Of a DNA stretch of 64,000 nucleotides, positions 10,990-23,461 are shown one piece after another (the first letter of the stretch is position 1; every line of letters begins with the position of its first letter). Below the pieces are notes generated by a model. It was not told where the DNA came from and did no database searches. It worked only from the letters and a program-made list of their open reading frames with translations. A program made the position numbers and the translations under genes. The stretch lies in the NCBI GenBank assembly GCA_048013815.1, contig CM106586.1, positions 14,880,001 to 14,944,000 on the forward strand. The letters run 5' to 3'. Source of the stretch: Setoptus koraiensis. Taxonomy: Eukaryota; Animalia; Arthropoda.

Positions 10990-11956
10990 ATGTGGAACAT
11001 CAAAATATGAAGCTTAACTTGCACGTGGCGTCACTTATAATGTTCTATTCATTAAAATTGCCACGCGCATCATTTATACTAAATTTCCCGATAAAATTAC
11101 TGGTCAATGCTCTCTTAGTAAATAATCTTTCTCATGACATCTTGCCGTTTTCAGACGGACAAGTGCGGTATCCGAGGTGGAAAGGCGACCTCCCGGGGTC
11201 ATAGTTAGACTTGTTTGTATTCCGAGATGAGAATCTTTCATCTCGTTATAGTGTACTGGAGCAATAACAAGCAATAGGATTCTTGGGCCCAAAAGTGAAC
11301 GCGAAAAGATTGTGACGGGGACATTCTGATCATGATACGAACTGTTGATTCAAAGCACGGCGAACCGAACGCTGTCCAGCGATACCTGTTTTTTTGTAGC
11401 GGACGTTCGATTCGAGGGAAATCTTTTTTCTGTGGGTGGAAGATTCTACAGCTGAGTCCACGAAGTTAGTATGTTTGATCCCACATTCGGCGCAAAAAAG
11501 TTCTGAAAAACAAGATAGCGAGAGTGATGCAACGTTTCGAACAACTACAAACTTCTTTATAGACTCGGGTAAGGGCGTAAAGTAGTGTTACGGTGGAAGC
11601 GGTTCATGCTCGCAGCTCGCAACATTGTGATTCTCCACTACATGCTATCAATGTTGGCCGGTGAGGCATAGACAGTGAGCTATGGTCCATAATCTGGCAG
11701 AGAGTGGTGAAACTTGATATTGTGTAAGTTTTTCACATCGACGTAGCTGATCTTGAGTCTCGGCGAGTCGTGCAGACCATATCAGACATTTTTGAATCAT
11801 AGTTATGTGGATAATGGGTTCTTTTGTTTCAACTGAATTCACTTCACAATTATCAAGATTCAATTTAATTTAATTCATTCGTTTCAAATCTTGGCAGAAT
11901 TGAAGATTGTAGCTTTCTCTTGAGTGGAATCAATACCATCAGCACTGGTCACCGTC

Positions 11957-12422
11957 ATGGCACCCGTAATGTCACCGACAGTTTCAATCTTTGTAGCCTT
12001 GTGTCTAATATTATTGGTTAGTTCCACTCATGGCGATTATAATGATTATGGTTTAGGTGGGCCTAAAGGTTGCGTAGTACCTGAAGAAGAACGGTGGCCC
12101 TTCTCCGATCATGAACCGGACAATGGTAAGTGATGCCTCATTTTTATTTCACTTGGCAGTTTGCAGTTGATTTGAAATTACCTCGAAACATACCACTGCT
12201 GACGCATCTACCAATCTACGTCTATTGCTATTATCACTCACTCTAGATATCTGCAAGCTACCTAATCAGCCTGGACCATGCTTTGCGAATATACCGTCCT
12301 GGTACTATGATTATGAGAGCGGAATGTGCCTAAAGTTCACCTATGGAGGTTGCGGAGGCAATGAAAATAGATTCCAAACTAAGAAGGCATGCAAAAAAAG
12401 ATGTCTTAAGAAAGGTGTATGA
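11957..12422 (+). CDS. Secreted single-domain Kunitz/BPTI inhibitor 1 (P1 = Phe). Exons 11957-12125, 12247-12422
   Basis: Signal peptide (MSPTVSIFVALCLILLVSSTHG), phase-1 intron GTAAG...CTCTAG, then DICKLPNQPGPCFANIPSWYYDYESGMCLKFTYGGCGGNENRFQTKKACKKRC with all six Kunitz cysteines. Confidence 0.9.
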
Positions 12423-13358
12423 ACGGTTGGTTGTAGTGATGCTCCATATGATTTTGAAATTTGCGAAATCTAAACATTTGGATATGACAGATATCAATTT
12501 AGCACAGTTAATCAAAAAGAAAAATAAGCCAAACAATGGTAATCGATACACATAGAGGGAGAAAACCTGTGCAGCAACAGCGAGTTTCCCCGATCTTGAC
12601 CGCTAACGGTGACTTCGATTCAAAACAACCACAGCCGATTTAGTTTGGAAATGCCGACTAATTAAACATGAAATACAGCCCTCACTTGGGGCTACTTAGA
12701 AATGCTGTATCTATTTTATTGGTATAGCTGTCACGCATCTGACTAATTAGTTGGTGCATACTTAATGAATGATCATTCTTGTAACAATTCCAACTATCAT
12801 TCACATAGTCATTTGTACTTTCGGCGAAACTTTGCGATTCTTTACTTCCATCTTCAGTTTATCTAGCTTAGCTTCCACCCGTCTCCTGATAAGGACCCGT
12901 TTTTAACTGGTTTTGGGGCGAGAGTGATGCAACGTTTCGAACAATCTTCTCTAGGGACTCGTCTGAAGCTGGGAAGTATTGTTCCGGTTGGAGCGGTTTA
13001 TGCTTGTAGCTAGCAAAATTGTGATTCTCCACTACATGCTATCAATGTTGGCCGGTGAGGCATAAACATTGAGCTTTGGTACATAATCTGGCAGATAGTG
13101 GTGAAACATAATATTGTGTAAGTTTTCCACATCGGCGTAGCTGATCTTGAGTCTCGGCGAGTCGTGCAGACCAGATCAGACATTTGTGAACCTTAGTTAT
13201 GTGGCAAGTAGGCTCGTTTGTTTCAACTGTATTCACATCACAATTATCAAGATACAAACTTAACTCATTCGTTTCAAATCTTGGCAGAATTGAAGGTTGT
13301 AGCTTTCTCTTGAGTGGAATCAATAACATCAGCCTGGCTTGTCTTCAAAGCACCAGAA

Positions 13359-13738
13359 ATGTCACCGACGGCCACAATCTCTGTAGTCTCCTGTTTGTTA
13401 TTGTTGGTTAGTTCGGTTTATGGTTTCGGATGGGGGAGGCCCCCGGGCGAATTCATACTGGAAAATGGTAACTTCATTTCACCCGACAGTTTCCGGTTAG
13501 ATAAATTACATTGAACGGTACCACTGCGGACGCATCTACTAATCCATATCTATTGTTATAAACACTACATTTAGGAAACTGCCACCAACCTAAGGATGTG
13601 GGGCCGTGTCGTGCATATGTTGAGAGATGGTACTTTGATTACAAGCAATCCAAATGCAAAAAGTTCATCTATGGAGGTTGCGAAGGCAATGATAACAATT
13701 TCGAAACAGAAGAGGACTGCGAAAAATTATGTCCATGA
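13359..13738 (+). CDS. Secreted single-domain Kunitz/BPTI inhibitor 2 (P1 = Arg). Exons 13359-13467, 13575-13738; absent from the ORF track
   Basis: Signal peptide ([22 protein letters not shown]), phase-1 intron GTAACT...TTTAG at the same position as in copy 1, then [54 protein letters not shown]. Confidence 0.9.
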
Positions 13739-14646
13739 ACGGGTCTATTAAAGGTTTGTTGCGGCGATGCTGCGTTTCGTTATGAGATTTCGTTTTTTTT
13801 GCGAAATTTCGACATTTAGATTGGATGAACAGTTCTGAGAATTAGAAACAACTGTATCCTGTTGACCAGCGCCCAACTGCATCGAGTGGATAAACGTGGA
13901 TGTAATTGCAAGCAAATTTAGTTTGGATATATGAAAAATACCCTCAAAACTTGTTAGAAATACCCAAGCATTTATGTAGGTGAATTTGCCACGCATCTGA
14001 CCTATCAGTTGATGCTTGCTTAATAAATAATCATTGTTACGACATCTCGGTTGCATCAGGAACTGAGACCGCAACAAGTGACTTGCTAAAGTTGTGAGCT
14101 TTCCCTAATTGGTCGGCTCATCCCAACTTGCGATGAACCACCATTCACCGATCCACCAATTAAGTAAGTGTGACAATCTCAACCATCTAGAGTTAACAGA
14201 AGCTGAGATACTCACATCGTGATTCTTTACTTCTCGCAGTGTAATCTTGGCCGTGGTGTCAAAATGACGGGGGACAAAAAACTTGAGCCCATCAGGAAGA
14301 CTCTCGATGTGGCACCATCGGCGCTCATTGTACCGAAATCTGGGCGGCTTTTTGTACCAGTTGCGGGCATCATCGTATCATCATTTATAGTCGTCGGTTA
14401 TCAATCGATCTCTATTCGATCTGCTATGCGGATCGTAACAAGTGTCCGGGATTACATTTGCGTAACATACGTATTACGTAACAATGTTGTCTTATCGTTG
14501 ATGCAATTACTTGAAACAATCTAAGGACTCCTGCACAGATGGCGCCTCAATCTCTTCAATCGGCAACCACCATTACTGTACCTGGTAGTGGTATGTATTG
14601 TGTGCCTTTTTTACCAAGCCATTTTCGCTGCTCCTTTTTTGGCCGC

Positions 14647-15183
14647 TAGATGGACGCACTTGGATTTTCATGTGCAGCGCGATCCGATCCGAATCCGCGG
14701 CTTATTCGTAGAAAATCCGTCCGCGGCGGACTCGGATCGCCAAATTTAAGCGCGGATTATCCACGGACGGGTCGAAAATTTTAGAAAAAATCACGGATAT
14801 CCATGGATATCCGTGAATACTGATGAATATCCACGGATTCGAGAATATCCACGGATTCAAGAATATCCACGGATTGTGTTAGCGTCGAACTTATGTCAGC
14901 GTTGGCAGAATGTTAGCATCGAGACATGTCGACATTAGGTTAGCGTCGAGATACATAGACATTAGGTTAGAGCGGACACGGGTCGAAAGTGTCGGTGAGC
15001 GTAGAGATGGGGCGCGTACAGTGACATCCATGGATTCACGGATAATTCGCGGATTCGTGGATAATCCGTGCCTATTTTTCAAGATGTCAGGGATATCCAT
15101 GTACGGATCGACCCAAGCAATTTTTTTCAAAACGGATCGGATATGCGCCCCGTGGCATATCCATTCATATATACCATTCACTA
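14647..15183. mobile_element. Non-autonomous hAT/MITE-like element or remnant rich in ATCCG/CGGAT
   Basis: More than 12 ATCCG/CGGAT pentamers in ~540 bp; inverted ATCCGATCCG (14682-14691) and CGGATCGGAT (15133-15142); internal GAATATCCACGGATTC x3; TAGAGATGGG at 15002. No clear TSD found. Confidence 0.5.
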
Positions 15184-18100
15184 GTGTGTATAATTAGTGT
15201 CCGTGGCGGGGTGTGTGCCAAAGGACGGTGCCCCGATACCCTGATGCACCGATATCGGATATGGGCGACAGTGTCGGGCCGACAACGATTTGCGGGAGTT
15301 GCAGTGCAGTGTTTCCGTTAAATCGTGTCTCGTTTTCGAGGCAACAGCGACACCAATGGAACAGGTAGATTGAACAGATTGAGTCTTGTCGTGAACTTTG
15401 TCGTCAGTGTCCAGCGCTCGAGTTTCAATTGTGGCAGGTTGTAAACATGCCACAATGCATGTTGCAACAATGCGGCCACACATGACGCTCGTCGGAGACG
15501 ACGTGAGATCGGTGAGCCAGCGTCGGCCGGCGATGTGACGAGTCAGATCAGATTGTGAGAATGATCGGAGGCCGACAATTTGACAAATGAGTGACCATCG
15601 GCGACACTCGAGTAAATTGTCAACTGCGAACTTGGATTGTTCGACATAATACATACAAAGTATAATCTGGCTAGTTATTTGCCAGTCGAGCCTGTAAGCC
15701 GACAGTGTATACACACGATATGGCGCATTCAATTCAACTTTCGCTGTCAAGTTCAATGGCACAATGCGTAAACGATTGCCGATTGTGACTTTAATGGTGT
15801 GTGCGCGCCTCTGACGTTTTGTTGTCGCCGGTTTACCTGTGCTCGGCTGGTCGCTGTTGCATTGTCGTTGTTGTGCACTGCACTGTCGCTGTTGTGCACT
15901 GCAACTTGTAGTGGGCTGCTGTGGTGCAGTGTTGTAATGCACAATGTTGCGCCGGCCAACAAGTGGCTACCTGCGACAGCGGCCACCACAATGAGCGAGC
16001 AACAATGCAAAGCGCCCAGCGACAACCTTGAGTGTCTGTTTGGTTGGACACGACGACAACAGCAACAACAATGACAAGCGCACTGCGAGCTGGGCTGGGC
16101 CACTCCGAATCAGAGTCTCCGATTCGCAGCGCCGGCACCAACTGCAGCGGCAACAGCAGCAACAACGACAACAGCGGCAGCAGCAACGACATCAACAGCA
16201 GCGGCAACAACAACGACAGCAGCAACAACAACAGCAACGACAACGACAGCGGCAGTCGGTTGGGTTAGGCGAAGCCTAATGATGATGCCACGCCGCTCCA
16301 AATTTTGCAGCTACGACGAGTGCGGCAGCCAGCAAAAAATGTCGTTATTGTTGCGCAACTAACAACTCGAAACTAGATTACGTTTGCACTGTCTCTCTCT
16401 CGCTGCTTCGTTGCTCTTTTTGCTGCTGCTGCCTGTTGTTGTTGTTGTTGTTGTTGAGCTGCTGCTGCCTGTTGTTGTTGAGCTGTTGTTGCTGCTGTTG
16501 TTGCCGCTGTTGCTGTTGTTGCTGCCGCTGCAGCGCTGCCAGTGGTCGCAGCCTGTCTAGTCTCCGCGACGAAACGAAATGACGCGAATCGTCCCCTCGC
16601 CGCCGACTGGCTACCGTTTCGAGCCTTCGACAGAAGCCTCCGACAGAAGCGATTCGGCAACCTTGGCAGCGGCCTCCAGCCAGCGTCTGTTGTCGGCGCC
16701 ACTGGCCATTGTGGCCGTGTGTGACACTTGTCAGTTGTGTCCGACTGCCGCCGGCTCACCTGAGCATGCGGCATCTGGCAGTTTGTGGCGCACTGCTGCT
16801 ATGCGCCAAACAAAATGGAGCATGAACGTATGGCGAGTTGTTTCTTTCTTTCTTTTTTTTTTCAATTATCTTCGCTGCAATCGATCACTGCCACACAATG
16901 GCCACAAGCGCCGATACACGGCCGATACCCATTGAGCGCACAATGCGCCCGCAACGGCCAGCTCGCCGCTCACCTGTCGCCAGAAGTGGCGCAAGTGACA
17001 CTCCTCCAGAAGTGGCCCAGGTCGGGCCGGCGCTCGGACGCTCGGCGGCTAGCGCGCGCGGCGGCCGCAAACGTAGCGGCACACTTGAAAGGAGCGACTT
17101 CTGGCGGCCACTTCCGCCAAGCCCGCCGGACAACGACTGACGGCCGGACAACGACTGACGGCCGGCCGGCCGGAGTTACATAATGCGCAGTTATAGGTTG
17201 ACTTTGCGTCGCGATTTTATCTCTCTGACGGCGCTGTGACGGGCGATCTTTATGTGCTCAGTGGCTCGCTCGTTGGCTTACGTTATTTTATTTTGTATTT
17301 TGGTGGCCGTCCGACGGCGTCCACCGGCCGACATAGCGAGCAAATAGCACGGCACGGCTGGCAGCCGACGACGACGACGACGACGCCATAACGATGACGA
17401 TGCGCATCATCGATTATTATCAAAGAACGACAACGATGGGGCTGCCTGCTTCTTATCGCGCTTGACGGCCCGCTGAACGAGATTGTTCAACTTTTGCAGC
17501 CATTATACACTTCACTTGTTGTGTGAGCTCGTCATGCAAGCGCGCCCGTCGTCGCTACAGGTGGAAGCGTCGTCGGCGTCGCCGATTCGAAGCCGAGCGC
17601 AGAAGCCGGCGAGAGAAGCCAACGAAACAAGCGAGAGAAGCCAGCGAAACAAGCGAGAGAAGCCAACGAGAGAAGCGAGAGAAGCGGAGAAGCGAAAAGC
17701 GAACGAGAGAAGCGGCCAAGAAATGTCATTGTTGTTCGCACACACCCGATTCGAGCGTCGCCTGAGATCTCAGAGAGTCGCTCGGAATCGACAGCCGCAG
17801 CCGGGATTGTCATTACGAGCGCCGTGAGTCACCGGAGCCGGCCGGCCGGCCGGCAGCCATGCCTGCAGTGACAAACATAATGACTGCGCCTCGTCGAAGG
17901 CGGTCGCCCGGCCACTCCAATCGCCGCCCGTTCCGATGCCCGAACCGCCGATTGCCACCAAATTGAATGAATGAAAAGAATCTGAACTTTACCTGAGCAG
18001 CCGACGCCATTCTTCTCTTTGTGTCGCTCGCACTGGCTCGCTCTCACCGCCGAGTTGCTATAACTAGATCAGGCGTCGATCCGACTCTGATGACTCCGAC

Positions 18101-18620
18101 AGTTGCCAGACAGTCGTCGCTGTTGCCAGTCGTCGCGCTTGCCAGAGTTATGGCCGGCGATCGCTGTAACGAGAGATAAAATATTGGACGCAGGCCAATT
18201 CGATTATGCCTCCCATTTCACCTGTTGCTCGCCGCCGCCGCTCAATGTCGGCCGCTCGCCGGCGAAGCCACCGCCGAACGACAACAAGTGACAACATCCA
18301 ATAATTACTGCCATCAATCGGCTAATTGGCTCCATTGTTGTTGTTCACTCTCGAACGTTGCCCATCGCGTTTCGCCAGTTCGAAATTTCGCCAGTTCGAC
18401 ATTCGACATTTCGACATTCGACATTCGACAGTTCGCCATTTCGCGGTCGCGACGCACACCAGCTCGGCCAAGTTACGTAACGTGAGCAGCGCTGTTGTTG
18501 CTCAACAATGGAGTCTTATCTCTCGTCTGCTCACGACGGCGCAAACTTTCCTTCGTATCTGCCCAAATATCAGCCGAACGCCGACTGATCGCCGATCTGA
18601 CTTTGTTTTTATTTTTGATT

Positions 18621-20376
18621 TTATTTTATCTGATCATACGATATGGTCTCTATGCTGTAAACAAGCGGGCCGCCGCTCAACATCCGGTTGGCCTGGCCCA
18701 TAGTGTGTTGGCTCGCCACCGGAATCACCGGGATCACCGCGATCGGGCTCGGGCCCACGCCTACGCTGGCCGCCGATGTGGGCGCGCTCATGGCCGGCGC
18801 CGCATAGCTGCCCGGCTGGACGCCGAAGCCGGCCATCATTTGGCCATTGTTGTGCTGCTGGCCCAACCGCATCATGGCCACCTGACCCGCGACAGCCGCA
18901 CCGGTCTGCTGCTGGGGGCGTTGCTGCTGCGGGTGCTGGTGCGGGTGTTGCTGCTGGGGGCGTTGCTGCTGTTGTTGCTGCTGCTGAGGGTATTGCTGCG
19001 GCGTGTGCGGATGTTGCTGCGCGACCGGAAACGGCTGTTGCGGTTGCGGCGAATTGGGCCAGTGCTCGCGGCCGCCCGTCTGGCCCGGGCCCGCCGCCGG
19101 CGCCGCCGCCGCCTGGCCCACCACTAGCTGGCCCGTGTGCGGCTCCCTGAGCTCGCTGTCCAACTGGGTGCTGTCCTGGTGGCGCTCGCCGTTGTCCGTG
19201 TCCGCGTCGGCGTCGTCCGCGTCGTCGGGCTCCACCGCCTCGCCCGTAACACCGTCAGTTATGATGGGTATCACTTCGGTGATGGTAGTGAGACGCGTCT
19301 TGTTTGCCTGTGGGCGTTGCTGGTAGGGCGCGTATTCCGCATCGATGGACTTTTCGTCGTATGACATCTCGCTGGCGGCGTTCTTCGTTTCCGGATCAAT
19401 ATGGACGTCGTCGATGCCGTCGTGCACCCACGAGTCGTCGCCGCCGTAATCGGCGTCCGCGTCGGCGTCGTTGTTGTGATTGTTGTTCTGGTTGTTGCTG
19501 GCGCTCATGTGCGGCTGCTCCACGGCCGCGGATATCGTCTTTTTAATGTCCACCGACACGGGCTTTTTGCGCGGCACCCGGCCGCGGATGTTCCAGTCGA
19601 TGTCCTCGTCGAAGCGGTCGTCGTTGAATTCCGTGCCGGCGTCGGGATAGGAATCGCGCTTTGCCCGGCTCACTGCGGCACTGCCGTTGACACTTGCTGA
19701 CTGGCTGCCGTTTGTGGCGGCCGCCGGAAGTGCCCACTGGGCCCGCGGGCGGGTGTCCGTCCCTTCGAACCCGTAGCCGTCGCCGCCGCCGAAGGTTTCG
19801 TCTGGTCGCGCGGTCGTTTGCACAGTCATCAACGCAGCCGCCAAGCCGGCCACACATTAGGAGCGGAGGGGAGAAAACGCAAACAACAGTTACATAATTG
19901 GGGTACCGTCAGGGGTGCGCACCGAAGAGGGTATTGTCCGGCTACTCACCATTGTCGTCGTCGGGCTCCTCGGAGGCGCCGTAACTGTCCGAGGCATCGG
20001 AGCCCATGGGGTCGTCGTCGTCGTCCATGTCCTCTACGGGACTTGTGCCGCTCTCGCTGGACCCGTAAATCGCTTCCGGTCGCGGAATGGACACGACCGA
20101 CATGGCGTCGGCTAGCAGCGGGCTAAACGCGTGCGACACAACAGCGCTGCTGTTACAATTGTCGCCGCATGCTTGTTTGACTAGACTAATTAACAATTGG
20201 TGACGCAATTGGATGTGAAAGCAGACAAACGACAAGACAAGCGCGTATAAAATGTTGCCGAGTGTCGAAGCGCAACATTGTCTTGTTGTTGTTGTTGTTG
20301 TTGGTGAGGTTTTTTGTTTTGTCTTGTTGCATTTGTTGTCGCGCAAATACTTGCTGCTGGACAGGCGCTCATTCAT
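18621..20376 (-). CDS. Uncharacterised acidic, Q/P-rich, probably secreted or signal-anchored protein, about 535 aa. Exons 20376-19950, 19801-18621
   Basis: Donor AATG|GTGAGT at 19950/19949 and acceptor CCAG|AC at 19802/19801 join two ORFs in frame (1608 nt). N-terminal hydrophobic stretch ILYALVLSFVCFHIQL, furin-type RAKR site, GC3-rich codons. Confidence 0.7.
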
Positions 20377-22142
20377 GGTGCTTTGGCTGACGTTGTGGCA
20401 TTAAAATTACTGATTAATTAAAGAATTGAGTAATGCGATTCTCGATGCAATTTGACTGTCTGTTTGGGTGTCTCATTGGCTGGCTGCGGCAAATTTTCAA
20501 TTCGTTGTTTTCAATCAACTATTGTACTATATTTGTTATATCAATTGTCTTATATTATTGTTGCCTGTCCACTCGGTGGTGCACAATCTACTCACACGGA
20601 TCTTATGTGGCGCTGATTAATTGGATACACTCATTATTCTAATGATTCCAGTGAGCTGGATCGGGTGCTAGGTGTTGGTCGCGAGCAAGCGGATCGTTGT
20701 GCAAATGGTGGCATTGTTGTTCGACTACCACAGATCATCGCTCGTCATTTGCGCTCGATATGAGGGCGCCCAAACATCGAGTCGCAAACACCAAACTTAC
20801 GTAACAGTTTGACACCCGCTCGCTTGCCGATAATGAGACAGGAGCATCTTCAAGCGGACGAAAAGGGCGACAAGAGCGACAAGAGCAACAAGAGCGACAA
20901 GAGCGCAAGAGAGAAAGAGTGAAAATTGTGAAATTGTGAAAATTGTCACCTAAACTACACGACCAATCTCGGTCTAGATCAATCGATTGTGTGTCATTAT
21001 GCCGTTATATCATGCCGGCGAGCGGAAACCGGCTCGGCTGATATTAGTGAAAAAAAAGCTCTTTCACTTTTATATCGCCCATTACATGGACGGTGAGTCA
21101 GTCATCGCTGACAGCCGCTGAGTGGGTGTCGGCCGCCAGGTGTCAAAGGCAACCGCTAGGTTAATTGGTATGTGCTCACCGATAAAGGAAGATTCCTTTG
21201 GCGCCTGTTATAATTATTACGTAATAATAATATGTAACCGTGAGCGATTGTTTCCGAAATCGTTCAGAAACAAGCCTGCTCGTCAGTCGGTTTGGCAGGC
21301 TCAAAAACGTGTGCTCGACACGAAGGCCTAGGTGTCGACAGGCCGATTGCCTACGGTTGAGAATGGCGGCTGCGAATGGCGGTTGCGAATGGCGGTTGCG
21401 AATGCCGGAAAGCGTCAGACGGGCTGTGTGCAAGCCGGGCAAGAGCAACAGGTTGCTCGGGAGCCGCTGTTGGCGGGCCGCTGCGGCGGCCCGCCTGAGG
21501 GCCCGTCGAGAGGTAAGCGCCGCTCGCAGCGGCATAACACTGGCAACGGCCCGCACCGGCACAAATCGCACTTGCCACAGCGCCATTCAGTGTGACACGC
21601 CTCGGCGGACCGGATGTCGAATTGGCGTGGCGGATTGTAGCGGACAATAACGGATCGGCATGTCGGATAATAACGGTCGGGCGGAAGTCTCGGAAATGCG
21701 TAGAGAGGAGGGCGGAATTGGGCAGCCGAGGCGCCGTCATCAGCTGAGCGGATATGCGTGCATGGGCTCGTCGTGAGTGCGCCCACCAGTCGATACTGGT
21801 GCCCACTTGGGGCGCCACCGGCGGCCGTAATTTTGTTGTCATGAGCACTACAAAGCGAGACCGTCCCTGTGACCGTGTTACAACATCATATAGAGCCCTC
21901 TATGACATCATGACGCGCGTTACGAGGGAACGCTTCGAAATGGGGCCCCCGGAGCGTGCAGCGGGCCATACAGCGGCTTGGCCGGTGTGGCCGATGAATG
22001 GTTGCCCGTGGCAACGCGTGGCCCGATCGCAAACAATAGCTGTCGATGAATAATTGCGTCCAACACACACGACAGTCGATAGACACGCTCAAGTGAGTTT
22101 GCGGTGGCTTCGTTTTCGTTGCAGTTGGCGGTGCGCTGTTCG

Positions 22143-22143
<1 letters not shown>

Positions 22144-22185
<42 letters not shown>

Positions 22186-22237
22186 TGTTCTCTGTTCTCT
22201 GGCTCGTGGCAACTGGCAACTGGCAACTGGCAACTGG
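22144..22237. repeat. Adjacent 7-mer arrays: (CGTTCTC/TGTTCTC) about x8, then (GGCAACT) x4
   Basis: Read directly. Confidence 0.9.
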
Positions 22238-23383
22238 AAACTCGCAACTGGAAAATTCAGAGAGCGAGAGAACCCGTTACGTGGTTAGCCGGTTGCATAA
22301 TGCGTGCATGTGTGACAGACACACTTAAGTGGCAATAATAACAGCATTCGGGCACTCGCCAGAAGCGGTTGCCAGTGGCAACCGGCACTGGCGATCGGCG
22401 CCCAAGTCACACGCCAATGGCCAGCCGCCGATATTTAGCCACCGATATATAAACATAAATATGTTATTGTTGTTATTTTTCATTTGGCAATATCTCTTGT
22501 GTTTATTATTAATATTCTGCGGCTGGCATTGTTTGTGGACAGCACGGGCCCACTGTCGCAACGCTGGCCCCCTCACACTGGCGCATTATTTTAATTTGTA
22601 TTATATAACCGGGGCGATTGTTTTTCAATTCTGATTAATATTTATATATTTATATTTGGTCTGATATATAAATATATACGTTTGTACGTTTGTGGTGCGA
22701 GCGTGAGAATGGGCAACTAGCAGGCGGTTGCAGTGATGACAACAGTAATGATGATCGCTGCCGCCGTTGTTGTCGTGCCGCGACAACTGCCACCGTCTGC
22801 ACACACACACACGCACACACTGCCGGAGTACGACACACACGCACACACTGCCGGAGTACGACACACACACACACACACACTGCTGAAGTACGACACATGT
22901 TATGTAAGAGTGCGACGAAACAGCATACGGCACCAAACAAAGAACCACGAAACAATCGATCGGTAAAACAATCGAGGGGCCAACAACGACGACTGGCGCT
23001 AATTTATATTCATTGGGCGATATTCATTCGCCACACGATATGTCGGCTCGCCAAGCTCATTTGGCCTGTTGGCCTCATTCGTGGGCAGCTCGTTTTATTT
23101 GTTGTTGTTGTTGTCGTTTATTTGTAGGCACATTTGTGAGCGCATTGGCACACACGAAACAAGCGCCAAGTACGCCTCTATGTGCCAACACTGGCAACAT
23201 TTGACTGGCTTGCCGAGGGGGCCCCTCGACTCGAGAGTGTCGACTGGCGCTGAACGTCAGATAATTGTAATTTATAATAATTATTTATTTTGATTTTGTC
23301 GCTCATTGGGCGCAAACAGCTAATGTGCGTACAACAAATCGGTAACCATGCCAACTTGATCCGTTGCCACGCTCTAGCCACTA

Positions 23384-23461
23384 GCTCCAATCGCTGGCTC
23401 CAATCGCTGGCTCCAATCGCTGGCTCCAATCGCTGGCTCCAATCGCTGGCTCCAATCGCTG
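23384..23461. repeat. 13-bp tandem repeat GCTCCAATCGCTG x6
   Basis: Read directly; no spacers. Confidence 0.95.

Larger units (their letters stand above)
11515..14050. repeat. Tandem segmental duplication, unit about 1.3-1.4 kb, each unit carrying one Kunitz gene
   Basis: 11521-12000 aligns by eye with 12921-13400 (for example GAGAGTGATGCAACGTTTCGAACAA and GCTGATCTTGAGTCTCGGCGAGTCGTGCAGACC occur in both). Sequences after the stops (12423+ and 13739+) also align. Confidence 0.9.
8810..14220 (-). pseudogene. Four decayed copies of a minus-strand, possibly LRR-type gene interleaved with the protease and Kunitz genes
   Basis: A related peptide occurs four times: CLEYVNLLSKHQII (~8910-8950), CHEKDYLLREH* (~11100-11140), CYKNDHSLSMHQLISQMRD (~12730-12788) and CRNNDYLLSKHQLIGQMRG (~13990-14045). 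LRR-like LSLYLDNCDVNTV at ~13230-13265 has a counterpart at ~11840-11870. Stops and frameshifts throughout. Confidence 0.5.

Noticed and set aside
15181-18500. Long ORFs such as 15181-15942(-) and the overlapping polyQ/polyN/polyL ORFs at 15.8-16.8 kb
   Set aside because: They translate trinucleotide repeats in several frames on both strands, with no domain or splice support.
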